Positions 43,015 through 51,552 of a DNA stretch of 57,102 nucleotides are shown one piece after another. Both the position numbers and the translations under genes were made by a program. How positions within the stretch are numbered: the first letter of the stretch is position 1; each line of letters begins with the position of its first letter. The stretch is from a virus. Its lineage: Duplodnaviria > Caudoviricetes. The notes beneath the pieces were generated by a model. It was not told where the DNA came from, did not search any database, and saw nothing but the letters and a program-made list of their open reading frames with translations. The stretch is from positions 1 through 57,102 of the IMG/VR virus record IMGVR_UViG_3300014161_000001. One strand, given 5' to 3'.

Positions 43015-44262
43015 ATGATCACGTCACTCACCGCCGAGCAGCGAAGTAGACTCCCTGAATTCGTCAAGAAATGGACGGCGATAGGACTCTCCACAGAGCC
43101 CGCCGACCGTTCGCGCGCCGAAAAAGCTATACTCGGTCTCTACCGCCTCGCAAAACTGAGAGAACCACGCATAATCTGGCTTCCGTGCCCAATCAGCGCA
43201 GCGCTAAGCACGATCGTCTACGCAAAAATTATTTCTTATGCACAAATTGCTAAACAACAAGCCGTCGGCTCGGCCGTCGATTTGGCCATCGACTCGGCCA
43301 TCGATTTGGCCGTCAGCTCGGCCGTCGGCTCGGCCGTCGGCTCGGCCATCGACTCGGCCGTCGATTTGGCCATCGACTCGGCCATCGATTTGGCCGTCGA
43401 CTCGGCCATCGATTTGGCCGTCAACTCGGCCGTCGGCTCGGCCATCGACTCGGCCGTCGGCTCGGCCGTCGGCTCGGCCATCGACTCGGCCGTCGATTTG
43501 GCCGTCAGCTCGGCCGTCGGCTCGGCCGTCGGCTCGGCCATCGGCTCGGCCGTCGATTTGGCCGCCAGCTCGGCCATCGATTTGGCCGTCAACTCGGCCG
43601 TCGGCTCGGCCGTCGGCTCGGCCGGAAATGCTTTCTTCGGCGGCTCGCTCTGGAACGCCGGGTACAGCGCCTGGGTAGACTTCTTCAACGAGGCCTGCGA
43701 CGCTGCAATCGACCGCAGTTTTATCGAGATAACTGCGAGCGCCGGATTCTGCTGGCCCCTGGACGGCGTCTGCTTCGCGTCGGATCGACCCGCAGAGATC
43801 CACCTCGACCACGCCGGACGACTGCACCGCGACGACGCGCCGGCGATCGTCTACCGAGAGACAGGCTGGGGTCTGTACTGCTGGCACGGCTATCGCGTTC
43901 CGGACGACCGCGCCTGGATCATCGCCGACAAGACCCGCATCACCGCCGAGGCGATCCTGAGAGAACCGAACGCCGAGATCCGACGCATCATGTGCGAGAT
44001 CACGGCGTTCGAACCGATCCGCAGGCTGGCGAAGACGGTGAGCGCGGACATGGACGGAAACGGCCAGCCGCGCCGCTTGCTGCGCGCGAGAGTAGGCGAC
44101 GAGGACATCCGCATCGTCGAGGTCGTCAACGGCTCGACCGAGCCCGACGGCTCGCGGCGCAAATTCCTGCTCGGGGCCATGCCAGGAAGAACGCCGCACG
44201 AGGCGATCGCGGCGAGCTATGGGATCAGCCCGAGACACTACCGCGAGGCGGTGCGCACGTAG
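43015..44262 (+). CDS. DUF6745-like protein with tetrapeptide repeat tract
   Basis: W..IGLSTEPADR..AE, SDRP..D..GRLH...PAI.Y..GW..Y.WHG, I..E.NAEIRR, V.NGSTEPDGS.R.F. Confidence 0.8.
   Translation: MITSLTAEQRSRLPEFVKKWTAIGLSTEPADRSRAEKAILGLYRLAKLREPRIIWLPCPISAALSTIVYAKIISYAQIAKQQAVGSAVDLAIDSAIDLAVSSAVGSAVGSAIDSAVDLAIDSAIDLAVDSAIDLAVNSAVGSAIDSAVGSAVGSAIDSAVDLAVSSAVGSAVGSAIGSAVDLAASSAIDLAVNSAVGSAVGSAGNAFFGGSLWNAGYSAWVDFFNEACDAAIDRSFIEITASAGFCWPLDGVCFASDRPAEIHLDHAGRLHRDDAPAIVYRETGWGLYCWHGYRVPDDRAWIIADKTRITAEAILREPNAEIRRIMCEITAFEPIRRLAKTVSADMDGNGQPRRLLRARVGDEDIRIVEVVNGSTEPDGSRRKFLLGAMPGRTPHEAIAASYGISPRHYREAVRT
43261..43624 (+). repeat. 12-bp-period coding tandem repeat (about 30 units)
   Basis: Units T(C/T)GGCC(G/A)TC-(GGC/GAC/GAT/AGC/AAC) encoding SAVG, SAID, LAID, LAVN. 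Confidence 0.95.
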
Positions 44263-44284
44263 ACGCGAACCAGGACCGAGACCG

Positions 44285-44479
44285 ATGCCGACCAGAAACG
44301 CCGCCGACGCGCCGTCGCGCCAAGTAATGCTGCGGATGCCGACCGATCTCGCGACGGCGCTCGATCGCTTCTGCCGCGACCGGAGGACGCGCCGCTCGGC
44401 GGTGATCGTCGCGGCGCTGCGCGCGCATCTGGGGAAACCCGCGCCGGCGGAGATCCCGGCCGAGAGGAGCCCGACATGA
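44285..44479 (+). CDS. Ribbon-helix-helix DNA-binding protein
   Basis: QVMLRMPTDLATALD..RSAVIVAALRAHL. Confidence 0.7.
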   Translation: MPTRNAADAPSRQVMLRMPTDLATALDRFCRDRRTRRSAVIVAALRAHLGKPAPAEIPAERSPT

Positions 44480-44691
44480 GCGACGCCATCCTCATCGCCG
44501 ACGCGCTGCTGGGCAGCGTGGCGCTGGGCGTGTGGTCCGTCGCGCTGGTCCTGGCGCTGCGCCAGAGACCAGCGCGCATCGTCGCCGACGAGCGCTACGA
44601 GCGAACGCTGCGCGAGACACAGGAGGCGTGGGCGCGCCACTGGACTCGACAGGAAGAAGCAGAAGCGAAAGCGAGAGTGAAGAAAAGCTAG
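44476..44691 (+). CDS. Small membrane protein
   Basis: GAGGAG RBS, N-terminal TM helix. Confidence 0.65.
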   Translation: MSDAILIADALLGSVALGVWSVALVLALRQRPARIVADERYERTLRETQEAWARHWTRQEEAEAKARVKKS

Positions 44692-44767
44692 GCCCTCCAT
44701 GTGGACCTTGACGAGAAGCGGCTCCGAACGCCCGACGCGCAGACCCCCGACAATCGAGGATAGAGCG

Positions 44768-45103
44768 ATGGACGAGAGGACGTGTAAGGCCTTGGAGGAC
44801 AGCATCGCACACTGGAAACAGATAGCGAACGCTAAGCGCGTAGGGGACGCCTCGCTCACAGCCGCCGACTGTGAGCTCTGCCGAGAGTTCCGCAATAAAG
44901 CGAACGCGAGCTGCGACGAATGCCCCGTCAGAAAGCGAACTGGCGCCCTCCACTGCGCCGAGACGCCCTATCGCGCCGCCATCGAGGCGCACATCCGATG
45001 GGCGTGCGCTCCCTGGGATGAACGCTATGCCGACGCGTTCCGCGCAGTGGCGCGCGAGGAGCTGGCGTTTCTGGAGTCGCTGAAAGAAGCGCCCGCGGCG
45101 TAG
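44768..45103 (+). CDS. Cys-rich hypothetical phage protein
   Basis: ALEDSIAHW..CELC..CDECPV..C..TPY pattern. Confidence 0.75.
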   Translation: MDERTCKALEDSIAHWKQIANAKRVGDASLTAADCELCREFRNKANASCDECPVRKRTGALHCAETPYRAAIEAHIRWACAPWDERYADAFRAVAREELAFLESLKEAPAA

Positions 45104-45274
45104 CGCCGCGCTTCCCGACCGCCGCGAAACGGTCTAGAAGCGGAAGCCCCGCCGGAGGGAACCGACGGGGCCGATCGGGACGCGGCCGGGGCCGCACTGA
45201 CGCCTGAGCGAGAGGCGCGCCATGCCTACCACCAGCGGCACAACCGGTCAACGCGCGACGCTGGAAGCGACGCC

Positions 45275-47599
45275 GTGAACATCCAGCCGACCGCCGACCC
45301 GTTCGCGCTGCTGTGGTCGCTGGGCTACCGCAATCTCGTCCCGATCGTTCCGCCCGGCGCGCCGCTGTCGCCGCGAAGCGTGCTCAGCCGGCGTCTCGCC
45401 GCCGGCGACGACGCGCGCGGCAAGTGCCCCGGCGTCAAAGAGCGCGACGGCCTGTGGCGCGGGCTCGACTTCGTCCGCTACCAGGCCGACGAGACCGACC
45501 TGGCGCGCTGGCGCGCGTGGGGCGCTGGCGTCGGGATCGTCTGCCGCGACGACGTGCGCGGGATCGACGCCGACGCCACCGACGCGACGCTGGCGGACGC
45601 GATCCGACGCGAGGTCGAGGCGGCCGTCGGTCGGCGCCCAACGCGGATCGGGCGCAGCCCGAAGGCGCTCTACGTCGTTCGCGTCGCCGGCGAGTCGCCC
45701 TACCAGATGTTCGAGTTCGGCCCGCCGGGGCGGAAGCGCGACCGGGTGGAGATCCTGGCGGGGGGCAAACAGTTCGTCGCCCACGGGACGCACCCAGGAA
45801 CGCAGCAGCCGTACTACTGGCCCCGCCCGCTCGTCCCCTACGCCGACCTGCCGATCGCGACGGCCGAGACGCTGGCGGATCTGATGGAGCGGCTGCGGTC
45901 GATTCTACCGGACAGCGGACCGGTCGCGACGCAGGGCGCGCCGGCGGCGGTCGACCAGGAATCGCTACGTGGCGACCCGGAGACCGTGCGGCGGGCCGTG
46001 GCGGCGACGCCGAACGCCGACGAGGCGTTCCCGACGCGCGAGAGCTACCGGGACTACGGCTACGCGATCAAGGCGGCGATGGGGCCGACGCGCGAGGCCG
46101 AGGCGCTCGATCTATTCCAGACGTGGTGCGCCGAGTGGCGCGGGCCGACCGGCGAGACCAACGACCCAGAGATCGTCGCCGCCGACTGGCGGCGGATGAA
46201 GCCGCCGTTCCGCGTCGGCGCGCCGCGGCTCTACGCGCTGGCGCGCGAGGCGAGCGGCGGGGCTTTCGACGGCCATGCGGCCGAGACGCGCGCGAGGCAC
46301 CACGAAACGGTAGTCGAGCCGGAGCGCGTCGAGCCGCTGTTCCCGGAGGACCCCGCCGAGAAGAACCTGCTGGATCTGACCGGGACGCCGTTCGACTTCC
46401 CCGAGCCGAGCGAGATCGAGCCCGAGGACTTCCTCTACGACACCTGGCTGACGCGCGGCTACGTGTCGCTGATCGCCGCCCAGACGAAGGTCGGCAAGAG
46501 CATCTTCATGATCGCTGCGGCGCTGGCGATGACCTCCGGCAGGCCCCTGCTGGGCGTGCAGGTCGACCGCAAGCTGACGGTCAGGATCTGGAACGGCGAG
46601 GATACGCGCGCCACGATGGCGCGGCGAATCGTCGCAGCGATGAAGCGCCACGGGCTGACGCGCGAGGACATCGGCGACCGGCTGATCGTCGACTCGGGCA
46701 GAGACATGCCGATCGTCATGGCGACGCAGACCCGCTCCGGAGCGACGACGATCAACCGGCCGCTGGTGGAGGCTCTGACGCAGAGTTTGGTAAAACAGAA
46801 AGTCGACGCGCTGATCGTCGACCCGTTCGTCAAGGTCCATCAAGTTTCGGAAAATGACAACACGGCGATCGACGCGGTGGCGCGCGAGTGGGTGCAAGTC
46901 GCGGGACGCGCCGGCATCGGACTGGCGCTGGTGCATCACTCGCGAAAGTTGAACGGACTCGAGGCGTCGATCGACGACGCGCGCGGGGCGTCGGCGCTGT
47001 CGTCGGCGGCGCGGGCGGCCCTCGTGCTGGCGCGGATGAGCAAGCGCGAGGCGAAGACTCTAGGCCGGTCAAAGGACTACAGATCGCTGTTCAGGATCGC
47101 CGACGCCGCGTCGAACCTGGCGGCGGCGCCCGGCGACGACGAGCGGTGGTTCGAGATCCAGTCGGTCGACCTGAACAACGCGCTGTTCGACGAGTCGGGG
47201 AGGCAGATCAGGAAGGGCGACCGCGTCGGCGTGGCGGTCCTGTCGGCGACGCGCGGGGGAACCGAGGAGAGCGAGAGGGCGCCCGCCACGCCCGCGGCGG
47301 CGGACCGCGAGGCGGCGGCGCTCGCCACGCTCGCCTGCGGCCTCTACAAGCGGGACCCCCGCTCGCGCGACGAGTGGGCGGGCGCTGTCGTCGCCATCGC
47401 CTTCGGTCTCGACCTGGAGGACGCCGACGACAGAGCGCGCGCCGGCGCGATCGTCACCCGGCTCGTGCGCGAAGGGAAGCTCGTCGAGCGGTCGCGGCCG
47501 GACAAAAATCGCAAGCTGAAGACGTTCCTGGAGGTCGCCGGCGAGCGCGACGAGCGTAACAAGCTGTTACGAGAGGATGACCTATTCGGGCGATTATAG
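45275..47599 (+). CDS. Primase-polymerase / PriCT-2 / AAA_25 helicase fusion
   Basis: GKCPG, GIDAD, QFVAHGTHPGT..Y.W; GYAIKAA; AQTKVGKS, NGED, VDPF, ENDN, HHSRK, RGASAL. Confidence 0.9.
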   Translation: MNIQPTADPFALLWSLGYRNLVPIVPPGAPLSPRSVLSRRLAAGDDARGKCPGVKERDGLWRGLDFVRYQADETDLARWRAWGAGVGIVCRDDVRGIDADATDATLADAIRREVEAAVGRRPTRIGRSPKALYVVRVAGESPYQMFEFGPPGRKRDRVEILAGGKQFVAHGTHPGTQQPYYWPRPLVPYADLPIATAETLADLMERLRSILPDSGPVATQGAPAAVDQESLRGDPETVRRAVAATPNADEAFPTRESYRDYGYAIKAAMGPTREAEALDLFQTWCAEWRGPTGETNDPEIVAADWRRMKPPFRVGAPRLYALAREASGGAFDGHAAETRARHHETVVEPERVEPLFPEDPAEKNLLDLTGTPFDFPEPSEIEPEDFLYDTWLTRGYVSLIAAQTKVGKSIFMIAAALAMTSGRPLLGVQVDRKLTVRIWNGEDTRATMARRIVAAMKRHGLTREDIGDRLIVDSGRDMPIVMATQTRSGATTINRPLVEALTQSLVKQKVDALIVDPFVKVHQVSENDNTAIDAVAREWVQVAGRAGIGLALVHHSRKLNGLEASIDDARGASALSSAARAALVLARMSKREAKTLGRSKDYRSLFRIADAASNLAAAPGDDERWFEIQSVDLNNALFDESGRQIRKGDRVGVAVLSATRGGTEESERAPATPAAADREAAALATLACGLYKRDPRSRDEWAGAVVAIAFGLDLEDADDRARAGAIVTRLVREGKLVERSRPDKNRKLKTFLEVAGERDERNKLLREDDLFGRL
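47557..47569. promoter_or_regulatory. TAACA-N3-TGTTA operator
   Basis: TAACAAGCTGTTA within the primase 3' end. Confidence 0.6.
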
Positions 47600-47614
47600 G
47601 GCCGCGCGCCTGAG

Positions 47615-47759
47615 TTGCGCCGATCTGCGCCGATCTCCGAGATCGGCGCAGATCGGCGCAGATCGGCGCAAAATCGTGGGTAGGGGGAGTGCGCCGATCT
47701 GCGCCAGTCGGACCCCCCTGTAAGGGGGCCGAACTGGCGCATCGGCGCACCCCACGATT
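47615..47759. other. Putative replication origin: iterated TGCGCCGATC 10-mers forming two long hairpins
   Basis: Palindrome 47616-47660 and stem-loop 47672-47759 directly after primase-helicase, followed by an AT-rich tract. Confidence 0.65.
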
Positions 47760-47782
47760 GAGGGTGACCGGCGCAGCTATAA

Positions 47783-47809
47783 TAACAATCTGTTATATAC
47801 ATTCTGTTA
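47783..47809. promoter_or_regulatory. Operator plus adjacent degenerate copy
   Basis: TAACAATCTGTTA (47783) and ATACATTCTGTTA (47797). Confidence 0.65.
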
Positions 47810-47831
47810 TAAACGAAAGGAAACGAGGCCT

Positions 47832-48080
47832 ATGATAACAAAACGTATCCTTGGCGGTCAAATCTACGAGCGCGTCGGCGTCGACGAGCGCGGCCTTGCG
47901 ATTTGGCGTAGCCACTGCGCCAGATGCGGCGCGTCGTTCGAGATCCGCCAACCAGACGTCGCGCTCGATCGGTTCGCGCCTAACCGGCGATGCGTTCTCC
48001 ACGTCAAAGCAGGGCGGCGTGCGGCGCGTTTAAGGGTTGAGGCGGTGGAAGGATACCCGGACATGAAAAGGGCGGCCTAG
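47832..48080 (+). CDS. Small zinc-ribbon-like protein
   Basis: GAGG RBS; W.SHCARCG..RRCVLH. Confidence 0.7.
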   Translation: MITKRILGGQIYERVGVDERGLAIWRSHCARCGASFEIRQPDVALDRFAPNRRCVLHVKAGRRAARLRVEAVEGYPDMKRAA

Positions 48081-48535
48081 CGGCCGTCCTGATCAATCCT
48101 AGATGGTACGCGTCTCGCTGTGAATTAGGCTATCGCCGCGGCCACAGCGCCCACAGCAGCGCCGCGACGTAGAGCGCTTGGGCGGCGAGCGGCGGGGCGG
48201 CGGTTAGGAGACGGCGGAGGGGCGAATCGGGCGTCGCGGGTCGACCTCGGCGGCGGAGGAGCGCTTCGCGGCGGCGTAGGCGCCGAGCACGGGGAAGCGC
48301 GACTCGATCTCGCCTCAGGTCGGCCAAGCGCCCGTTTCGGCGTGGCGCGCGGCTTCGTCGGTCAGGCGGGTCTCGCGCTCGAGCCACGCCTCCTGGATCG
48401 GTCTCGACGGCAGCGCCGCTTCGGCGCGCGGGTGGAATCGGGAATTCGGTTTGGGGCTAAGCATGATTTTTTTCTTTCTCAGAAAAATTGACGGAACGGC
48501 GGGGCGATGGAGTCGCTTCATGGTGTTTCGATTAT

Positions 48536-48919
48536 TCAGAAACGGGGCGTCAGCTCGCGGCAGCGGCGCAGGCCGGCGGCGATCGAGGCGCAAAAGCGGT
48601 CGGCGCTCTCTTCGCAGGTCGTCGCCTTGTTCCAGTGGATCTTGTTGATGGAGCCGTCGATGGTCGCGCCGAAGTCGCGGGGGAACGTCGCGTCGCCCTC
48701 CGCGCACCAGTGGCCGAGCAGCGCGCCGCAGCGCGAATCGCCGTCGAGCTCGATCGTTATCCAGCGCGGGCCGGCGCCGAGAGTCAGCCGGATGGCGCGC
48801 CTCTGGAAGGGCGCGTCGTCTCGGTCGCAATAGGCGCCGCATTCGCGGGCGATCGTCGCCAAGCGAGTCGCTAGCGCTTCGCGTTTGGCGGCCGTGCTCA
48901 GAATCTTCATGCGCGTCAT
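48536..48919 (-). CDS. Hypothetical protein
   Basis: Protein-like composition in leftward operon. Confidence 0.65.
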   Translation of the reverse strand: MTRMKILSTAAKREALATRLATIARECGAYCDRDDAPFQRRAIRLTLGAGPRWITIELDGDSRCGALLGHWCAEGDATFPRDFGATIDGSINKIHWNKATTCEESADRFCASIAAGLRRCRELTPRF

Positions 48920-49048
48920 GTCGCCATCCCCTATTCCTGGCGATAAGAGCGCCGGCGATCACGCCGGCGATGAAGGTGTGCGCCACCGGGTGAGCGACGG
49001 CGCTTGTTCTCCATGTGAGGTTCGTGGCTTTCCTTTCGGTTTCTCCCA

Positions 49049-49309
49049 TCACCCTCGCGATGTTTCCTCGGCGTCGAGCGGCGCGCCGCAGCGCGAGCAC
49101 GTCATGTCGACGCACCAGCTTGCCGGCGCCCACGAGAATCCTGTCCCGTAATGTTTGGCGAGCTGAAACGGGTTGGCGTCGGCGGGATCAGGTTCTCGCC
49201 AGCCAGGAATGCAGGCGGGCGCGCAGCGGTCGCAATAGGCGGCGGTCCGAGGTTCGTAGCGCCGCTTTCCGAGCCACCAATAGTCCTCGCCGTTGTAGTA
49301 TCCCAACAT
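49049..49309 (-). CDS. Cys-containing hypothetical protein
   Basis: GAGGAGG RBS; YCDRC..CSRCG. Confidence 0.7.
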   Translation of the reverse strand: MLGYYNGEDYWWLGKRRYEPRTAAYCDRCAPACIPGWREPDPADANPFQLAKHYGTGFSWAPASWCVDMTCSRCGAPLDAEETSRG

Positions 49310-49316
49310 CCCCTCC

Positions 49317-49643
49317 TCAGTCCGGTAGATGCGACAATGCGTCGCAGATCGCCAGTAGGCTGACTTCTTGGCGCGCGGCTTCGTTGGTCGCGTGGTCGAA
49401 ACTCTGGCCGGATTCGTCGCTCGCGGCGGCGAGACGGCGCAGCTCCGGCTCGAAGTCTTCGGCGCGGTAGCGTTCGTCGATTTGGCCGTAGTGGAAGATG
49501 GCGCAGCGGCCGTCGCCGTCGAACAGGACCGCGCCGAGACAGCGCGCGCTGCGCCCGCGCCCGATCGAGAATGTGCAGAGGTGGAAGCCCTCCCCACGTA
49601 CGCCGTTGCGGTGGTAGCGGCAGTCGAAGTTGTGGATCGGCAT
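49317..49643 (-). CDS. Hypothetical protein
   Basis: GGAG RBS; YHRNGVRGEGFH motif; CGCTTGACA promoter-like sequence upstream on - strand (about 49696-49704). Confidence 0.75.
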   Translation of the reverse strand: MPIHNFDCRYHRNGVRGEGFHLCTFSIGRGRSARCLGAVLFDGDGRCAIFHYGQIDERYRAEDFEPELRRLAAASDESGQSFDHATNEAARQEVSLLAICDALSHLPD

Positions 49644-49763
49644 GGCGATTCTCCATCGGTTGAGACGCTGCGACTTTGCGCCGAGTACCGACGATTGTCA
49701 AGCGTTTGTATAGCAAAAATTCCGGGGCTTGCGGAAAGAGGCGCGGGTAGGCATGTTTTGCGG

Positions 49764-50045
49764 ATGGCCAGCAAGACACTGCCGCCTTTGGCATGCCGAG
49801 TTTCTCGGAAACAGCTGTGGGCAATCCGCGCAGCGGCGGCGCGGCGCCATTTGTCCGTGTCGCGATTCATCAAGAATCTGCTCGAGCCGTACTTTGGCGA
49901 AGGCGATGAGAATTCTACAGTAAACATCGGCGTAAACAAGTTGTTATCCGACGTCGCGCCGTCCGTCCCGTCACTCGCGCCTGAGACGCGTGCGCCGCCA
50001 GAGCGGCCGGCGGGGCGAACGGGTTTCACCGAGCGGTCGAGATAA
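49764..50045 (+). CDS. Possible ribbon-helix-helix protein
   Basis: LACRVS..IRAAAARRHLSVSRFIKNLL. Confidence 0.5.
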   Translation: MASKTLPPLACRVSRKQLWAIRAAAARRHLSVSRFIKNLLEPYFGEGDENSTVNIGVNKLLSDVAPSVPSLAPETRAPPERPAGRTGFTERSR

Positions 50046-50055
50046 CAGGATGTTA
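50043..50055. promoter_or_regulatory. TAACA-N3-TGTTA operator
   Basis: TAACAGGATGTTA; one-mismatch copy AAACAAGTTGTTA at 49934-49946. Confidence 0.6.
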
Positions 50056-50069
50056 GGCTCGCGGCTCGG

Positions 50070-50512
50070 CGTAAGAGACGGGCGCGCCTAGAATCTGCGC
50101 GCTCCTCGTTTTTTACACCAGGTCGATTGTGTCGTGGAATCGGTTCGTTGCCGGCTCGCTGCAGCGCCTCTTTATGTTTCCGAGAATTTAGAGACGGCGC
50201 GCCTGCGTCAAAGCGACGCATAAAGAGACAACAAGCGGCGTCTCGCTCAGGGTCTACCGTTTTGAGACAGGGCAGCGCGCCAGGCCCGCGGTAAGCTCGG
50301 CGCTCGTCAGACTGCAGGTCGCCGGTAAAATGTTGATTTTTATAAGTAAAATGGACACCGGCCCGGCACTGTTTCGAGCGCCCCATCTCGCCCGCCGCCC
50401 CAAAATTTCTGTGAAATACCCTCGCGCCGTCTCTCTGCTTCGCATCTTCGATGTTGCTTTATCCGTACGTTCTGTTATGATCCTCTTCTCAGCTATGGAG
50501 GGTCTCATGAGA
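50070..50512. other. Candidate res-type recombination site region
   Basis: AT-richer non-coding DNA upstream of resolvase with repeated GAGAC/GTCTC half-sites (50075, 50191, 50225, 50240, 50264, 50502). Confidence 0.4.
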
Positions 50513-51058
50513 TATGGGTACGCGCGCGTCAGCTCCGCCGACCAGGACAACGCGATCCAGGTCGATCTGCTGCAGAGAGCCGGCTGCGAGGTGATCCGCC
50601 AGGAGAAGGCGAGTGGGCGCAGCGCCGACGACAGGCCCGAGCTGCGCACGCTGCTCGAGTTCCTGCGCTCCGGCGACGAGCTATGGGTGGCGCGGATCGA
50701 CCGGTTGGCCCGGTCGGTGCGCGACCTGGCGAACATCGTCCACGATCTCAGGCGGCGTGGGGTGGCGCTGAAGGTCGTTCAGCAGCAGATTGACACGTCT
50801 ACGGCTGCCGGTTCGGCGTTCCTGTCGATGCTGGGCGTCTTCGCCGAGTTCGAGAACGAGATCCGACGCGAGCGGCAGATGGCCGGGATCGCCAGGGCGA
50901 GGGCCGAGGGAAAGTACGTAGGCAGGGGTCGGCCGCATGTCTGCGACCCGAGCGAGGCGCGGCGGCTGGCGGCGGAGATCGGGGCGACCGGGGCGGCGCG
51001 GCGGCTGGGGATTTCGCGCGCCACCGTTTACCGCTGCGTGTCGGGGGCGCTGCGGTGA
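50507..51058 (+). CDS. Small serine recombinase (resolvase/invertase family) with C-terminal HTH
   Basis: YGYARVSS..Q, EKASG, RIDRLARS, FAEFE..IRRER..GI..A..G..GR, LGISRATVYR; GGAGG RBS. Confidence 0.95.
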   Translation: MRYGYARVSSADQDNAIQVDLLQRAGCEVIRQEKASGRSADDRPELRTLLEFLRSGDELWVARIDRLARSVRDLANIVHDLRRRGVALKVVQQQIDTSTAAGSAFLSMLGVFAEFENEIRRERQMAGIARARAEGKYVGRGRPHVCDPSEARRLAAEIGATGAARRLGISRATVYRCVSGALR

Positions 51059-51065
51059 GCGCGGC

Positions 51066-51091
51066 CGCTTGACATGATACTGTGGTATCGA
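51066..51091 (+). promoter_or_regulatory. Promoter with TGATAC-N4-GTATCGA palindromic site, copy 2
   Basis: CGCTTGACA immediately followed by TGATACTGTGGTATCGA. Confidence 0.55.
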
Positions 51092-51251
51092 GTAGCTTGC
51101 TCCGCGCCGATCGCTCTTCCTCTTGTAGCGTGTCATCAACCCGGCGCGGTCGGCGGCGTGAGGCTGGAGCGTCGGATCGCGTAGTAGCCTTGTGCGCGGT
51201 TCTCCTGGAGACGGGTCCGGCGCTCCAGTTCTCGGTTGGCGGGGGGTCGAT

Positions 51252-51404
51252 ATTCCGCTTAGGCCCGGCAGGTCCAGAAAGGTCGTCGGCGAGAACATCC
51301 GCGAGATGGTCCGCGCTGGCCATCCGCAGCGCCAGGCCGTCGCCGCGGCGATGCGCGAGAAGCGGGAGTCGGCGCGCGGCGGGCGGCGGGGGTCGCGGCG
51401 GTGA
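51252..51404 (+). CDS. Small basic phage protein, apparent ATT start
   Basis: (I)PLRPGRSRKVVGENIREMVRAGHPQRQAVAAAM resembles the common MPL..G.S...I..NI.E....G.PQ.QAVA family. Confidence 0.65.
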   Translation: MPLRPGRSRKVVGENIREMVRAGHPQRQAVAAAMREKRESARGGRRGSRR

Positions 51405-51529
51405 TCGTCTTCTATGACGCCTTGATGGCGTTCTCGATCCTGATCTTCTGTATCCTGACTCTGACAGTCGACGTCTCGTTTGTCTGGGCTGCCGCTATTG
51501 TCGCTTGGCTGCTGGCGCTCGGGCCGTGA
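51401..51529 (+). CDS. 42-aa hydrophobic peptide
   Basis: GTGA overlap; MIVFYDALMAFSILIFCILTLTVDVSFVWAAAIVAWLLALGP. Confidence 0.45.
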   Translation: MIVFYDALMAFSILIFCILTLTVDVSFVWAAAIVAWLLALGP

Positions 51530-51552
51530 GCGCGCCGCTACGGAGTGCTGAG

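Noticed and set aside
43261-43624. CRISPR array or DGR template/variable repeat
   Set aside because: There are no unique spacers and no reverse transcriptase; it is an in-frame coding tandem repeat.
45221-45230. CATGCCTAC as a third cassette left end
   Set aside because: Only 8 bp match, and there is no right end or target duplication.
48130-48521. Small minus-strand ORFs and T-rich tract near 48465-48490
   Set aside because: I could not decide the coding frame or support a product; not annotated.
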